64,000 bases of DNA. It comes from Armatimonadota bacterium (GTDB taxonomy: Bacteria; Armatimonadota; Hebobacteria; CAIYQO01). Where the stretch lies: assembly GCA_038248345.1 (NCBI GenBank), contig JBBRXO010000001.1:58769-122768 (forward strand), written 5' to 3'. The translations under genes were made by a program, and so were the position numbers. This document shows positions 9,604 through 18,423 of the stretch, one piece after another. Below the pieces are notes generated by a model. The model worked only from the letters and a program-made list of their open reading frames with translations, did not search any database and was not told the origin of the DNA. Every line of letters starts with the position of its first letter. Position 1 is the stretch's first letter.

Positions 9604-11247
9604 ATGTCCAGAACAATCAAAATATTGTTTGTAATAGCTTTGTTTCTTGTGTCCGTCTCGGTCTTCGCAGCAAATGCTGAAATTGACGCCAACGTCCCCA
9701 GCTGTTTTATTAAGGACGGCGACCGGGTTGGCTTCTTTGGTGACAGCATCACCGAAGCCAAGGCTTACGGCATTCTGACGGAGCAGGTCTTCCGTCATTT
9801 CCATCCCGACGCGAAGGTCACTTTCATCAACAACGGGCACAGCGGTATGCAGCTTGCTGGTACCACTATCGAGATGGTAACCGCTGGCGATCCGAATGTG
9901 GTTACCATCATGATGGGCATGAACGATGCCATCAACGCATCCTGGAGTCGGGGCAAACCCATGGCGCCGGTTGTCGCCGCTTATAAGGCCAAAATGAGCA
10001 CGCTGGTAAGCGAACTCAAAGCTAAAAATATCGAGGTCATCATCCTCACCCCGACGTGCACCGACGAGACGGCATCCTTGAGCAGTTTCTATCTGGACGG
10101 CACGCACTTGCTGCTGATCGAATTTGGTAAGGCCTGCATAGAGGTGGCTAACGAGAAATCGGTATACTGCGTACCCGTCCAGGCAGAGCTGGAAGCTTAC
10201 GAAGCCGCACTACCGCCTCCGGTGGTACTTCGACCAGACGGCGTACATCCTAACGCACGCGGCCACTACCAGATCGCCCGTTCAATATGGAAACATCTAA
10301 ACTTTGCTGGTTCCTTGGCTGGCGGACGCTCGGTCATGACAGCACCGCCGCAACTGGATATTAATCTGGCGCTGGCCACAAATATGCTGCCCGCCGAAGC
10401 AGAAGCGCTGGAGTTCACCATCACGACACCTAAACCAGCACCAGCAACGGTAACCTGGAACCTGGGCCTGACCCGCGGCACTGAAACTTTGAACCTGACC
10501 GGTAAGGATACCTGGACGTTAAAACTGCCCAAAGGTGCGCTCCCCCAGGTCGCTGGCAAATCAGTCAACCTGGTGCTGGACATCGAAAGCCAGGGAACCC
10601 ATCAGGAGTTTGTCGTCGACGTCTTCCGCAAAATGGTAATCCATGGTAAGGATGGCGCGGCTTCCGGCACCATGACGGACACGAAAGGTACCCAGATATG
10701 CTCCTATCTCTTCCGTAAAGAGGGAAAGACACTGGTTGTCGAGGTAGCCGTAAAGAAGAAGGAACTATTCCAGACCAATAATGATATTTGGCCGTGGGGT
10801 AGCGGGGATGCCCTGACTCTCTACCTGGACATCCGCAAAACTGCCAACCTGAGTGGCCTGGGCTTTGATGGCAATGTCTATCAACTCTGGTTCAAGCCGC
10901 AGGAAAAGCCGTTTTTCTCCCCGGGATTCCATCCCTACTCTGGTAAGCATCTAACAAACATGGCCACGGACTATGGTACCAGGACTGCTGATGGTTACAA
11001 AGTCGGCCTGCTGCTCTCCGGCTATGTTAGCATAAAAGAACACTTTGACGCCTCAGACCGCGACTTCATCGGGTTCGACCTCCAGGTAATCACTGCCGAA
11101 GCCATTGGCAAGCAGACCTGGAACAGCCTGCTGAACAGCGACCGCCAGAACTTCCTCTTCCCCGGAGTCTTCGCCATCGCCGACCTTTATGGTAAGCTGC
11201 CCGGCGATTCCGTCAGCACTGCCAGCATCTTTCCTGATAACCTGTGA
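9604..11247 (+). CDS. Secreted SGNH/GDSL esterase fused to a CBM9/DOMON-like C-terminal module
   Basis: ORF track, 547 aa. AGGAGG SD and a signal peptide are present. SGNH blocks: FFGDSITE, IMMGMNDA, DGVHPNARGHYQIA. The C-terminal GDALTLYLDIRK...YQLWFKP region resembles the CBM9-like module of the 4289..7813 protein. Confidence 0.8.
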   Translation: MSRTIKILFVIALFLVSVSVFAANAEIDANVPSCFIKDGDRVGFFGDSITEAKAYGILTEQVFRHFHPDAKVTFINNGHSGMQLAGTTIEMVTAGDPNVVTIMMGMNDAINASWSRGKPMAPVVAAYKAKMSTLVSELKAKNIEVIILTPTCTDETASLSSFYLDGTHLLLIEFGKACIEVANEKSVYCVPVQAELEAYEAALPPPVVLRPDGVHPNARGHYQIARSIWKHLNFAGSLAGGRSVMTAPPQLDINLALATNMLPAEAEALEFTITTPKPAPATVTWNLGLTRGTETLNLTGKDTWTLKLPKGALPQVAGKSVNLVLDIESQGTHQEFVVDVFRKMVIHGKDGAASGTMTDTKGTQICSYLFRKEGKTLVVEVAVKKKELFQTNNDIWPWGSGDALTLYLDIRKTANLSGLGFDGNVYQLWFKPQEKPFFSPGFHPYSGKHLTNMATDYGTRTADGYKVGLLLSGYVSIKEHFDASDRDFIGFDLQVITAEAIGKQTWNSLLNSDRQNFLFPGVFAIADLYGKLPGDSVSTASIFPDNL

Positions 11248-11299
11248 GCAGGAGTGAAACACAATGATCAATGGGATCGTTTTTGAGTAAGCCGATTTT

Positions 11300-11339
11300 G
11301 AGTTTATCGCTTTGGGGTCGTTCCCGAAGCGGTAAACTC
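11300..11339. terminator. Long hairpin between convergent genes (9604..11247 and 11423..12121)
   Basis: GAGTTTATCGCTT (11300-11312) pairs with AAGCGGTAAACTC (11327-11339) with one G-U position. The stem can extend through GGGG/CCC to a TCGT loop. No canonical U-tract on either side. Confidence 0.5.
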
Positions 11340-11422
11340 ATGCTTAGCTACAAACTAACCCATAGAGCCGATATTAAAAAAATCAAAAGAATAGCAGTAG
11401 AAATATTTACACAATCATGAGC

Positions 11423-12121
11423 CTAATCAGTTATCACCCCACGGCATCGAGGATAATTGGTACAGCCATAAAAAGTATTCCCCTTGTTTTCCCCTTTGGT
11501 TACGGTTCGTAATACCATCTGATCACCACATTTCGGGCATTTCGGCGGGATAGCTTGTGCTGGGGCAACTTTCGTTGTCAACGGGGACGCTGGAGCAGAC
11601 ACCAGTGGCCTGGAAGGATTTACCCGTTGAGTAGCTACTGGTGCTGCAAGTAGTGCTCTGATCTTCCTACCTATTTCATCGGGGTTATATCCGCGTTGCG
11701 CCGGGATGCGTAACAGAGGTAGATTCGCTGCTTTAAAAACTTGATTCAGGAACTCGTCTTTCCCCTTCTGGCTATCCTTGGCGTGGCTAGCGTCATCGAG
11801 TTCAATCCCCAGCAGTGGTTTCATCGTCTGGGGATGGCAAAGCAAAAAATCTATGTGACGTAATGCGATACGATTGAATGCCCCTCTGTTCTCATTGGAG
11901 CGCTGCACGAAGAATAGATCGGCGAGACGTACTTTCGTCACCACGACAGCATCGCTACCGAGGGTATTCCTTAGCACATGATACAAAGATATCTCCGCTG
12001 CAGATAAAAAATCATCCCTGACGAGATATGGGAAGGTGACCGCGGCCTTTTTCTCCGAATTGCCCATGAATAGTTGGATCAGCAGGCCTAAACAGCCTGA
12101 ATTTTCATCAGAAGATGCCAT
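11423..12121 (-). CDS. DUF2726 (restriction-endonuclease-like fold) protein with C-terminal topoisomerase-type C4 zinc finger
   Basis: ORF track 11423..12172 (TTG start). I prefer ATG at 12121 (MASSDENSG...). FLSAAEISLYHVLRNTLG...IALRHIDFLLCHPQTMKPLLGIELDDASH fits DUF2726. C-terminal CPKCGDQMVLRTV...FYGCTNYPRCRG is the topoisomerase DNA-binding C4 zinc-finger pattern. Confidence 0.75.
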   Translation of the reverse strand: MASSDENSGCLGLLIQLFMGNSEKKAAVTFPYLVRDDFLSAAEISLYHVLRNTLGSDAVVVTKVRLADLFFVQRSNENRGAFNRIALRHIDFLLCHPQTMKPLLGIELDDASHAKDSQKGKDEFLNQVFKAANLPLLRIPAQRGYNPDEIGRKIRALLAAPVATQRVNPSRPLVSAPASPLTTKVAPAQAIPPKCPKCGDQMVLRTVTKGENKGNTFYGCTNYPRCRGVITD

Positions 12122-12338
12122 ATCACAATCCTTTATTCTGCTTCCCTTACTATTCGACAACACGGTAAGCAATATCCTGCAACGCTCCTAATTTTCTCCA
12201 ACAAAATTAGCTGATGAAATTATCAACAGCGCTGGCTATCTACACCTCGAAGTGGCGAAAGCCTTATGCCACGGTAAAGCAGATACCAAGTGGGCACGAA
12301 ATCAGTGGATACGATTACGAAATGAAGAGGCCCGACTA

Positions 12339-13073
12339 TCACCCCAAACAAAGAACAACATTAACCACATGCTGGGCATGGTCATTATCTACCAGACCCA
12401 AGTAGACCAGGTATAAGCCGGCGGCCAGCACGATAGCCCCACTTAGGCGCCAGATTAGCAGACGGTAGCCGCGTTGTTCCAGCGTCTCTACCAGTTTGCG
12501 CGCCCTGGTCATGGCCACGGCGACGAACATGATGGCGAGGCCGGTGGTGAGGGCGTACAGGGTAAAGAGCGCCGCGCCCAGCACCGGGCCGCGCGCGCCA
12601 CTGGTGAGTGCCAGGTAAATGGGGATATTTGTCGGGCAGGGGATAGCCATGCTCATCACCCCCAGCATGAACATCGCGCTGAAGGTACCGGCATGCGCCA
12701 GCTTCACCTCTTCACCGGTATGGCAATGCTCGTTACAGAGGTGATCAATCGCGTGGTGTACCGACAGTGGGCGTATCAGGAAGATGATGCCACTGACAAC
12801 CAGCAACATTCCCATGCCCAGCTCAATATAGCGGTGCAATTATTGGGGAACGTGATCAATCAACCAACCGAGTATCAGGCCACCCAGCAAAGCCGTGACG
12901 ACCATACCTAGGGTGAAGAATGCTGCCACCTTCAGCATCATCTTCGTCTTCATGCCTCCCAAAGCAAAGGGAAGAAGTACCAACCAAGAGTGCCCGTGGG
13001 GAGTTAAACCGTGGAGCAGGCCCCAGAATATAGCCAAAAAAATGAGACCGAGAATGTCTCCAGGAATATACAT
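12339..13073 (-). pseudogene. RcnA-like Ni/Co efflux membrane protein interrupted by one in-frame TAA (ORFs 12840..13073 and 12339..12839)
   Basis: The two ORFs are adjacent and in the same frame: ...GTT CCC CAA TAA TTG CAC CGC..., with the stop at 12842-12840. The upstream half carries LLHGLTPHGHSW (compare E. coli RcnA GALHGLEPGHSK, from memory). The downstream half carries a His/Cys-rich loop HHAIDHLCNEHCHTGEE and MAIPCPTNIPIYL (compare RcnA GGLIPCPAAITVLL). It could be a pseudogene, a genuinely split gene or a sequencing error. Confidence 0.6.
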
Positions 13074-13151
13074 TAGTATTTACCTTCCGAATGGTCTTTC
13101 GGCGATTTACACACGGGGGCGTCAAAAGCCTTCTGTACCGATCATTTCGCG

Positions 13152-14558
13152 TTATTTCCCCACACAAAAACGGGAGAAGATCTCCGCAATTACTTCTTCG
13201 CCGGTGTCATCACCGGTAATTTCGCCCAGCGCCATGGCAGACTCACGCAGGTCAACTGCCAGCAGCTCTTCCGTGCCGCCTTCTTGCAGCGTTGCCAGCG
13301 TACGCGCTAACGCTTCGGCACCCCGGCCAGCTGCTTCATGCTGCCGTTCGGTAGCCAGCGCCGGTGAGGAGATTATTACCTCGTCACCCAGCAACATCCG
13401 CCGTAATGCTGCCTGCAAGCTTGGCAAACCCGCACCCGTGAGCGCTGAAACATACTCAACAGGCGTGTTATCATACGTACGAATCACTTCTTCCGTCAAG
13501 ACGACGGGCAGGTCGGCCTTGTTTACCACCAACAAATGCGGGCGATTTTGCACCTGTTCCAGCAACTGTAGATCCTCTACAGAGAAGGGCTGGCTGCCAT
13601 CACAAATCAGCATTATCAGGTCGGCGCTGGCCAGCGAGGCACGACTGCGGGCGACGCCGATCTTCTCCACCACGTCATGTGTGTGGCGGATGCCCGCGGT
13701 GTCCACCAGCCGCACCGGGATTCCGCCCAGATCGTAACCCTCTTCAATAACATCACGCGTGGTGCCCGGAACATCCGTGACAATGGCGCGCGCCTCGCCC
13801 AGTAAAGCGTTGAGCAAACTGGATTTACCGGTGTTAGTACGGCCGATCAACGCCAGCACCGCACCCTCGCGGAGCAATTTGCCGCGCGTGTAGCTCGCGG
13901 TCAACTTATTCACTTCCGCACTTAACGCTGAAAGCTCGGTATATACCTCCTCCGTGGTGAGGAAAGTGATATCTTCTTCGGCGAAATCTATCGCCGCTTC
14001 AATAGATGCCAACAAGCAGATAATGCGCCCGCGAATTTCCCGTACCTGCATTCCCAGCGCCCCGGCCAGCCGGGTTTGCGCGGCGCGCAGTCCGGCGTCG
14101 GTATGGGCGCGGATTGTGTCCATTACCGCTTCGGCCTGGGTGAGGTCAATACGCCCGTTAATAAATGCCCGCTGGGTGAACTCCCCCGCCGCCGCCGGAG
14201 TCACCCCCAGGTGATAGAGCAGCTTGAGTATCTCGCGTAGCGGTTCGCGCCCACCATGCGCGGATATCTCCACCACATCCTCACGCGTGTAACTGTGCGG
14301 AGCACGCATCACCGAGAGTAAAACCTCATCGATGATTTCACCACTCTCAGGATTCACTATATGCCCGTAATAGAGCCGATAAGGGGCAGGATTTGCGAGC
14401 GCACTGCCGTCAGCACGCCGGAATAGTTGCTGCGCAATCGCTACCGCGTCGGTGCCTGATATTCTGATAATGCCAATGCCGCCTTCTCCTACGGGGGTGG
14501 AGAGGGCGGCAATGGTATCGGGATCAGGAATCCATGCGTCATCAGTTGATCGGTCCAT
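13152..14558 (-). CDS. mnmE: tRNA uridine-5-carboxymethylaminomethyl modification GTPase MnmE (TrmE)
   Basis: ORF track, 468 aa. DTIAALSTPVGEGGIGIIRISG at the N-terminus, G-domain GRTNTGKSSLLNAL...DTAG...NKADL, and the characteristic C-terminal FCVGK. Confidence 0.95.
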   Translation of the reverse strand: MDRSTDDAWIPDPDTIAALSTPVGEGGIGIIRISGTDAVAIAQQLFRRADGSALANPAPYRLYYGHIVNPESGEIIDEVLLSVMRAPHSYTREDVVEISAHGGREPLREILKLLYHLGVTPAAAGEFTQRAFINGRIDLTQAEAVMDTIRAHTDAGLRAAQTRLAGALGMQVREIRGRIICLLASIEAAIDFAEEDITFLTTEEVYTELSALSAEVNKLTASYTRGKLLREGAVLALIGRTNTGKSSLLNALLGEARAIVTDVPGTTRDVIEEGYDLGGIPVRLVDTAGIRHTHDVVEKIGVARSRASLASADLIMLICDGSQPFSVEDLQLLEQVQNRPHLLVVNKADLPVVLTEEVIRTYDNTPVEYVSALTGAGLPSLQAALRRMLLGDEVIISSPALATERQHEAAGRGAEALARTLATLQEGGTEELLAVDLRESAMALGEITGDDTGEEVIAEIFSRFCVGK

Positions 14559-14871
14559 CTTCCTCCCGCATTAATAACAATGCCTCTTGGATGGAGAAGA
14601 TACACATGCCATATTGATCCTCTAACCAATCGCGAACATCGAGAATCTCCTCATCATAAGTGATGAAGTATGGCGGTTTGCAATGTCGCAACGAAGTAAT
14701 CGCAAACTGTCGTACTGAACTGGGAATTCCAGGCTCACGTTCCATGTCCTGCAATCCGAGGCGTTCCAATTCCAGTATTCGCTGCTCCAACAGCGCGGAC
14801 GGTGGTGCTGGGTAATTCGCACACTGGTCGTGTAAAACCATCTGTAAATCTAGAGTTTTCAGTTTTTCCAT
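14542..14871 (-). CDS. Hypothetical 109-aa protein overlapping the mnmE start
   Basis: ORF track. A strong AAGGAGG SD lies upstream of ATG 14871. The 3' end overlaps mnmE by 17 nt in another frame. I recognise no family. Confidence 0.55.
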   Translation of the reverse strand: MEKLKTLDLQMVLHDQCANYPAPPSALLEQRILELERLGLQDMEREPGIPSSVRQFAITSLRHCKPPYFITYDEEILDVRDWLEDQYGMCIFSIQEALLLMREEDGPIN

Positions 14872-15066
14872 GTCCTTCGCCTCCTTTCGTTAGTATTTAA
14901 AACGATCTCCGTCACCGTTTCTGTCATATTTTTTTGCTATTCTCTTATATACCATATATTCGGTAACATCAACCGTAACACCTTCTTCTTACCCTATGTA
15001 TAATACGATTAAACTGCTACGAAGTTGCTGAAGATTAAGAATCATTAATAAACAACCAGTACTATG

Positions 15067-16269
15067 TCAGACAAGTCGCACATATAAATTCCCCGGACGC
15101 CGCTGTACCAGACCCTTCAGTTCCAACATCAATAAAGCAGCATTCACCTTACCGGCGGGCAAGCTGGTCTTCTCGGCTATATCATCTACGTGGCGGGCAG
15201 TGGAGTTAAGCTGATTCAATACAGCTTCTTCTTCGGGCGGCAATGGGGGGAGTGGTTTCGCCGCAGGCGCAGGCGCCACTACGGGACGCCGTTTCGGTTT
15301 TGGTGTGGGTGCTTCCGGCACAGGTATGCGTGTCTCTTCCACTGTTGCCAGGGCATCCCAATCCGGCCCGGCCAGCGGGGTGGTAGCAGGACGCGAGGGG
15401 GCGATGCCCAGGGGTAACTCCTCCAGGATGTCCTCCACGGACATCACCAGCTTGGCGCCGTTGCGAATCAACTCATGGGTGCCGCGGCTCTGCGGGCTGT
15501 CCATCCCGCCCGGCACGGCGAAGACCTCCCGCCCCTGTTCGGCGGCGTGGTCGGCGGTGATGAGCGCACCACTTTTTATGGGTGCTTCCACTACCACTAC
15601 TCCCAGTGAAAGTGCGCTGATAATGCGGTTGCGTATCGGGAAACTGATCTTCGTCGGCGGCGTACCCAATGGATATTCACTCACGATTGCACCGGCAGCA
15701 GCAATACGCGGGTAAAGGCCAGCATTCTCCGGTGGATAGATGTAATCCAGCCCACAGCCGAAGACGGCGATGGTACGCCCACCCGCCCGCAATGCACCCT
15801 CATGTGCTGCCGTGTCGGCCCCCAGTGCCATACCGCTAATGATGGTGATACCTTGTTTCACAAGCCCCGCAGCCAGCTCTGACGCCGCATGACGCCCATA
15901 GGGGGAGGCGCTGCGCGAGCCGACGATTGCCACCGCGCGAGCGTCCGCGGGCAAATAGGTGCCTTTGATGAAGATGACACCCGGGGGATCGCTTATTGTG
16001 CGCAGTCGCGCCGGATAATCTGTATCAGTGACGCCGTACATATGGATTCCCAGCTTTTGTAACTGGGCCAGCTCATTGCTGAAGTCACGCCCGGCGACCT
16101 TTAATAATCGCTCAGCTCCCTCGCGGGTTAATTTACAATTCAGCGCCCAATCACGCGGTGAGGCGGCAAAGATCGCCTCCGGCCGCTGGTAAACCTCCAG
16201 CAGCCGCATTATCGCCCGCGCTCCCAACTGCGCCGTCGCCAGCGCGTACCAGGCATTTTTCGCATCCAT
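15067..16269 (-). CDS. dprA: DNA-processing protein DprA (Smf)
   Basis: ORF track, 400 aa. GSRSASPYGRHAASELAAGL...ISGMALGADTAAHEGALRAGGRTIAVFGCGLDYIYPPEN is the DprA Rossmann-like core. A Pro-rich linker and a C-terminal winged-helix-like tail follow. Confidence 0.93.
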   Translation of the reverse strand: MDAKNAWYALATAQLGARAIMRLLEVYQRPEAIFAASPRDWALNCKLTREGAERLLKVAGRDFSNELAQLQKLGIHMYGVTDTDYPARLRTISDPPGVIFIKGTYLPADARAVAIVGSRSASPYGRHAASELAAGLVKQGITIISGMALGADTAAHEGALRAGGRTIAVFGCGLDYIYPPENAGLYPRIAAAGAIVSEYPLGTPPTKISFPIRNRIISALSLGVVVVEAPIKSGALITADHAAEQGREVFAVPGGMDSPQSRGTHELIRNGAKLVMSVEDILEELPLGIAPSRPATTPLAGPDWDALATVEETRIPVPEAPTPKPKRRPVVAPAPAAKPLPPLPPEEEAVLNQLNSTARHVDDIAEKTSLPAGKVNAALLMLELKGLVQRRPGNLYVRLV

Positions 16270-16355
16270 TATTCATAAATTCGTGCTAGCCGGGAGAAAT
16301 CCTTTTTTGCACTCTCAAACAAGCCCAGTCCAGAGCTGCATATTCCTTCAACTCT

Positions 16356-16420
16356 GGACTTGGAACTTGGCCTGTCCGCCATAGCCTGGAGGGCGAAGGC
16401 GGAAACTTGGAACTATTTTA
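16356..16420. repeat. Second copy of the stop-codon-adjacent TTCCAAG-type repeat
   Basis: The 19-mer GAAACTTGGAACTATTTTA (16402-16420) is identical to 44742-44760. In both places it includes the TAA stop of a minus-strand gene. GGACTTGGAACTTGG lies at 16356-16370, and a 9-bp hairpin pairs 16327-16335 with 16352-16360. Confidence 0.65.
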
Positions 16421-17176
16421 CGCCAATCCGCGTGCTTTCAAGTTGGCCATGCTGATAGCGACGCTCTCCAACGGCGAATGATTTTTGCAGTCATCCTGTT
16501 CTACGATGAACCATTCGGTGCCCGCAGCCGCAGCGGCCGGGAGGATACTGTCCCAATTAAGGATTCCCTCGCCGAATTCCGCGAAATTCTGCTTGTCAGC
16601 CGCCATATCTTTGATGTGCAATAACGGCACGCGTCCGGTATATTTCTGTACTTCGGCAGTAGCGTCAAGGCCGGCGCGGGTGACCCAAAATAGATCCAGC
16701 TCATTTAGCGCCAGCGTTGGATCGGTATTTTCGGCCAGCAATTCCATGCCCGTCTTGCCATCGAAAACCTGATACTCGAAATCATGGTTGTGGTAAGCCA
16801 GTCCCAGACCAGCGGCTTTCAACACTATCGCGTACTCATTGATGCTACATGCTGTCTTAATCCAGGCTGCTGCTGAATTACGAATATCGTCAGACAAATA
16901 GGGAATGACGACATAGGGATTGCCAAGTTCTAAATGGTATTCAATCACCTCGTTGATATTTTCCGCCAGTTGATCAATACCGGTATGCGCCCCGCAAGTG
17001 CGCATGTTCAAGTCTTCCAACAGACTTTTCAACTCTGCTGCTGGCAGATTGCCGAACCCTGCAAACTCTACACCGGCGTAGCCAAGTGCCGCGACTTTTT
17101 TTAACGTGCCGACGAAATCGGAGGATGTCTCGTTTCGCAGGGTATACAACTGCAATCCGATAGGAATATTTGTCAT
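16418..17176 (-). CDS. Sugar phosphate isomerase/epimerase (xylose-isomerase-like TIM barrel)
   Basis: ORF track, 252 aa, with AAGGAG SD. IGLQLYTLRNE...LGYAGVEFAGF...AYHNHDFE...LLHIKD is typical of the family. Confidence 0.85.
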   Translation of the reverse strand: MTNIPIGLQLYTLRNETSSDFVGTLKKVAALGYAGVEFAGFGNLPAAELKSLLEDLNMRTCGAHTGIDQLAENINEVIEYHLELGNPYVVIPYLSDDIRNSAAAWIKTACSINEYAIVLKAAGLGLAYHNHDFEYQVFDGKTGMELLAENTDPTLALNELDLFWVTRAGLDATAEVQKYTGRVPLLHIKDMAADKQNFAEFGEGILNWDSILPAAAAAGTEWFIVEQDDCKNHSPLESVAISMANLKARGLA

Positions 17177-17265
17177 TGTTCTTCTCCTTCAACGAGGGTC
17201 ATTAGCCCTCAACAACTATATCTTCTCTCTTAACCACTATGTTCCTTCTTGCTGGCAAAAAAATA

Positions 17266-18423
17266 CTAGCATCCCTTTTCCAGGCATTCTGCCGAAAACC
17301 AGGTGGTTATCTGGCATTCAGCGGGGCTGCCGAATAATATCCGCCCCTGCAGCGAAAACTCAACCAGTCCGACAAGGATTTCACGGCTCAGGGGGGACAT
17401 CTGTTTATGTGCGCAAGGACTTTCGTTGGAATTGCTCAGCTCGATGCAAATCAACCCCTCTTCCTGTTTCATTTTTATCAACGGTTGGCATGGATGGGGA
17501 CAATTGGCAATACATTGAAAGATATGCACTACTAGTTCTGTTAACACCAGCGCCAGGTATATTGATCGGCTCTGATTGATAAGCACTTCGGAATCAGCTT
17601 GCATCAATCGGCTGGTGATATTCTGCTGAAAAAGTGAGGAGATGGAGCTGATGATACCACTGGATAATTCGCTGATCTCAATACATCCGTCTTTATCCTG
17701 CAATACCAGATTATATACCAAGGTCAGGCTTCTGATGCGCGCCAGGGTGATGATCAAGCGATCGCGTTCACCGGTGGATGCCTGCATCATCTCCATCTCC
17801 AGCAGGGCACAAATAATGGCCATACTATTGCGCACCCGGTGATTCAACTCCGCCCACATTCGTTGGCGTTCTTCAGCACTGATAGCTGTCGCTGGGTCGG
17901 TGACGCTACGGGCCAATGCCAGGGAAAACATAGACGATAGTTGCACAATTACCGCGTTATCCTGCGCCGTAAATCGACTGCGTTTGGTGCGTAATAGCGC
18001 CAGCGTGCCGAGAGTTAGGCCATCATTAAGCAGGGAAACCTCGCAGAGATATGGGATGCCGCGGGCATTAAGCAGCGCCATATACGGGCTATTGGCGTCA
18101 CGATAGCTGAAAATGCGAAATGCTACTTTTATCTCCCGGTTCACCTGCGGAGCAGGCATCACCTGGAGCAATTTCGTCAGTATTTCCGCCGGCGGCACTG
18201 GCCAACCGATGATCTTATCCGGGGTGGGCGAACCAGTGAGCCAGAGAACCGCTAGCTGGCAATCGGAGGCGTCCAAAACCGCGCGCAGTCCGCGCTCAAT
18301 AATTGTCTTGCGCTCCACTACCCCAATCAACTCATGGGCGACTGAATTAAGCGCCTGAGATAGGCGATTTGCAGATGCGGGCACCGCAGACACAGTTGCG
18401 GATATCTCCGGGCTGCTGTCCAT
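17266..18423 (-). CDS. Cytoplasmic GAF-domain sensor histidine kinase (HisKA_2-type H-box) with a degenerate ATP-binding domain
   Basis: ORF track, 385 aa. The H-box ELNHRVRNSMAIICALLEME is present, and the N-terminal ~170 aa look GAF-like. The expected N-box and G-boxes are not recognisable (LTELVVHIFQCIA; ELSNSNESP). The start ATG overlaps the stop of the upstream M23 gene (TAATG, 18421-18425). Confidence 0.75.
   Translation of the reverse strand: MDSSPEISATVSAVPASANRLSQALNSVAHELIGVVERKTIIERGLRAVLDASDCQLAVLWLTGSPTPDKIIGWPVPPAEILTKLLQVMPAPQVNREIKVAFRIFSYRDANSPYMALLNARGIPYLCEVSLLNDGLTLGTLALLRTKRSRFTAQDNAVIVQLSSMFSLALARSVTDPATAISAEERQRMWAELNHRVRNSMAIICALLEMEMMQASTGERDRLIITLARIRSLTLVYNLVLQDKDGCIEISELSSGIISSISSLFQQNITSRLMQADSEVLINQSRSIYLALVLTELVVHIFQCIANCPHPCQPLIKMKQEEGLICIELSNSNESPCAHKQMSPLSREILVGLVEFSLQGRILFGSPAECQITTWFSAECLEKGC

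Noticed and set aside
12214-12405. 63-aa plus-strand ORF between the DUF2726 gene and the RcnA-like gene
   Set aside because: It overlaps the 3' end of the RcnA-like ORF on the opposite strand, has no SD, and gives a low-complexity basic translation.
12895-13737. 280-aa plus-strand ORF opposite mnmE. Similar antisense ORFs are 19719..20372 opposite thiL, 27086..27832 opposite DUF3160, 30356..31021 opposite mutS and 9595..10107 opposite the SGNH gene
   Set aside because: The translations are Ser/Arg/Pro-rich or otherwise low-complexity, and they lie antisense to confidently identified genes. There is no independent support.
16356-16420. TTCCAAG-type repeats and CATGGGCG palindromes as a possible CRISPR array
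   Set aside because: There is no regular repeat-spacer periodicity. The copies are inverted rather than direct, only 2-4 units occur per site, and no cas genes are present.
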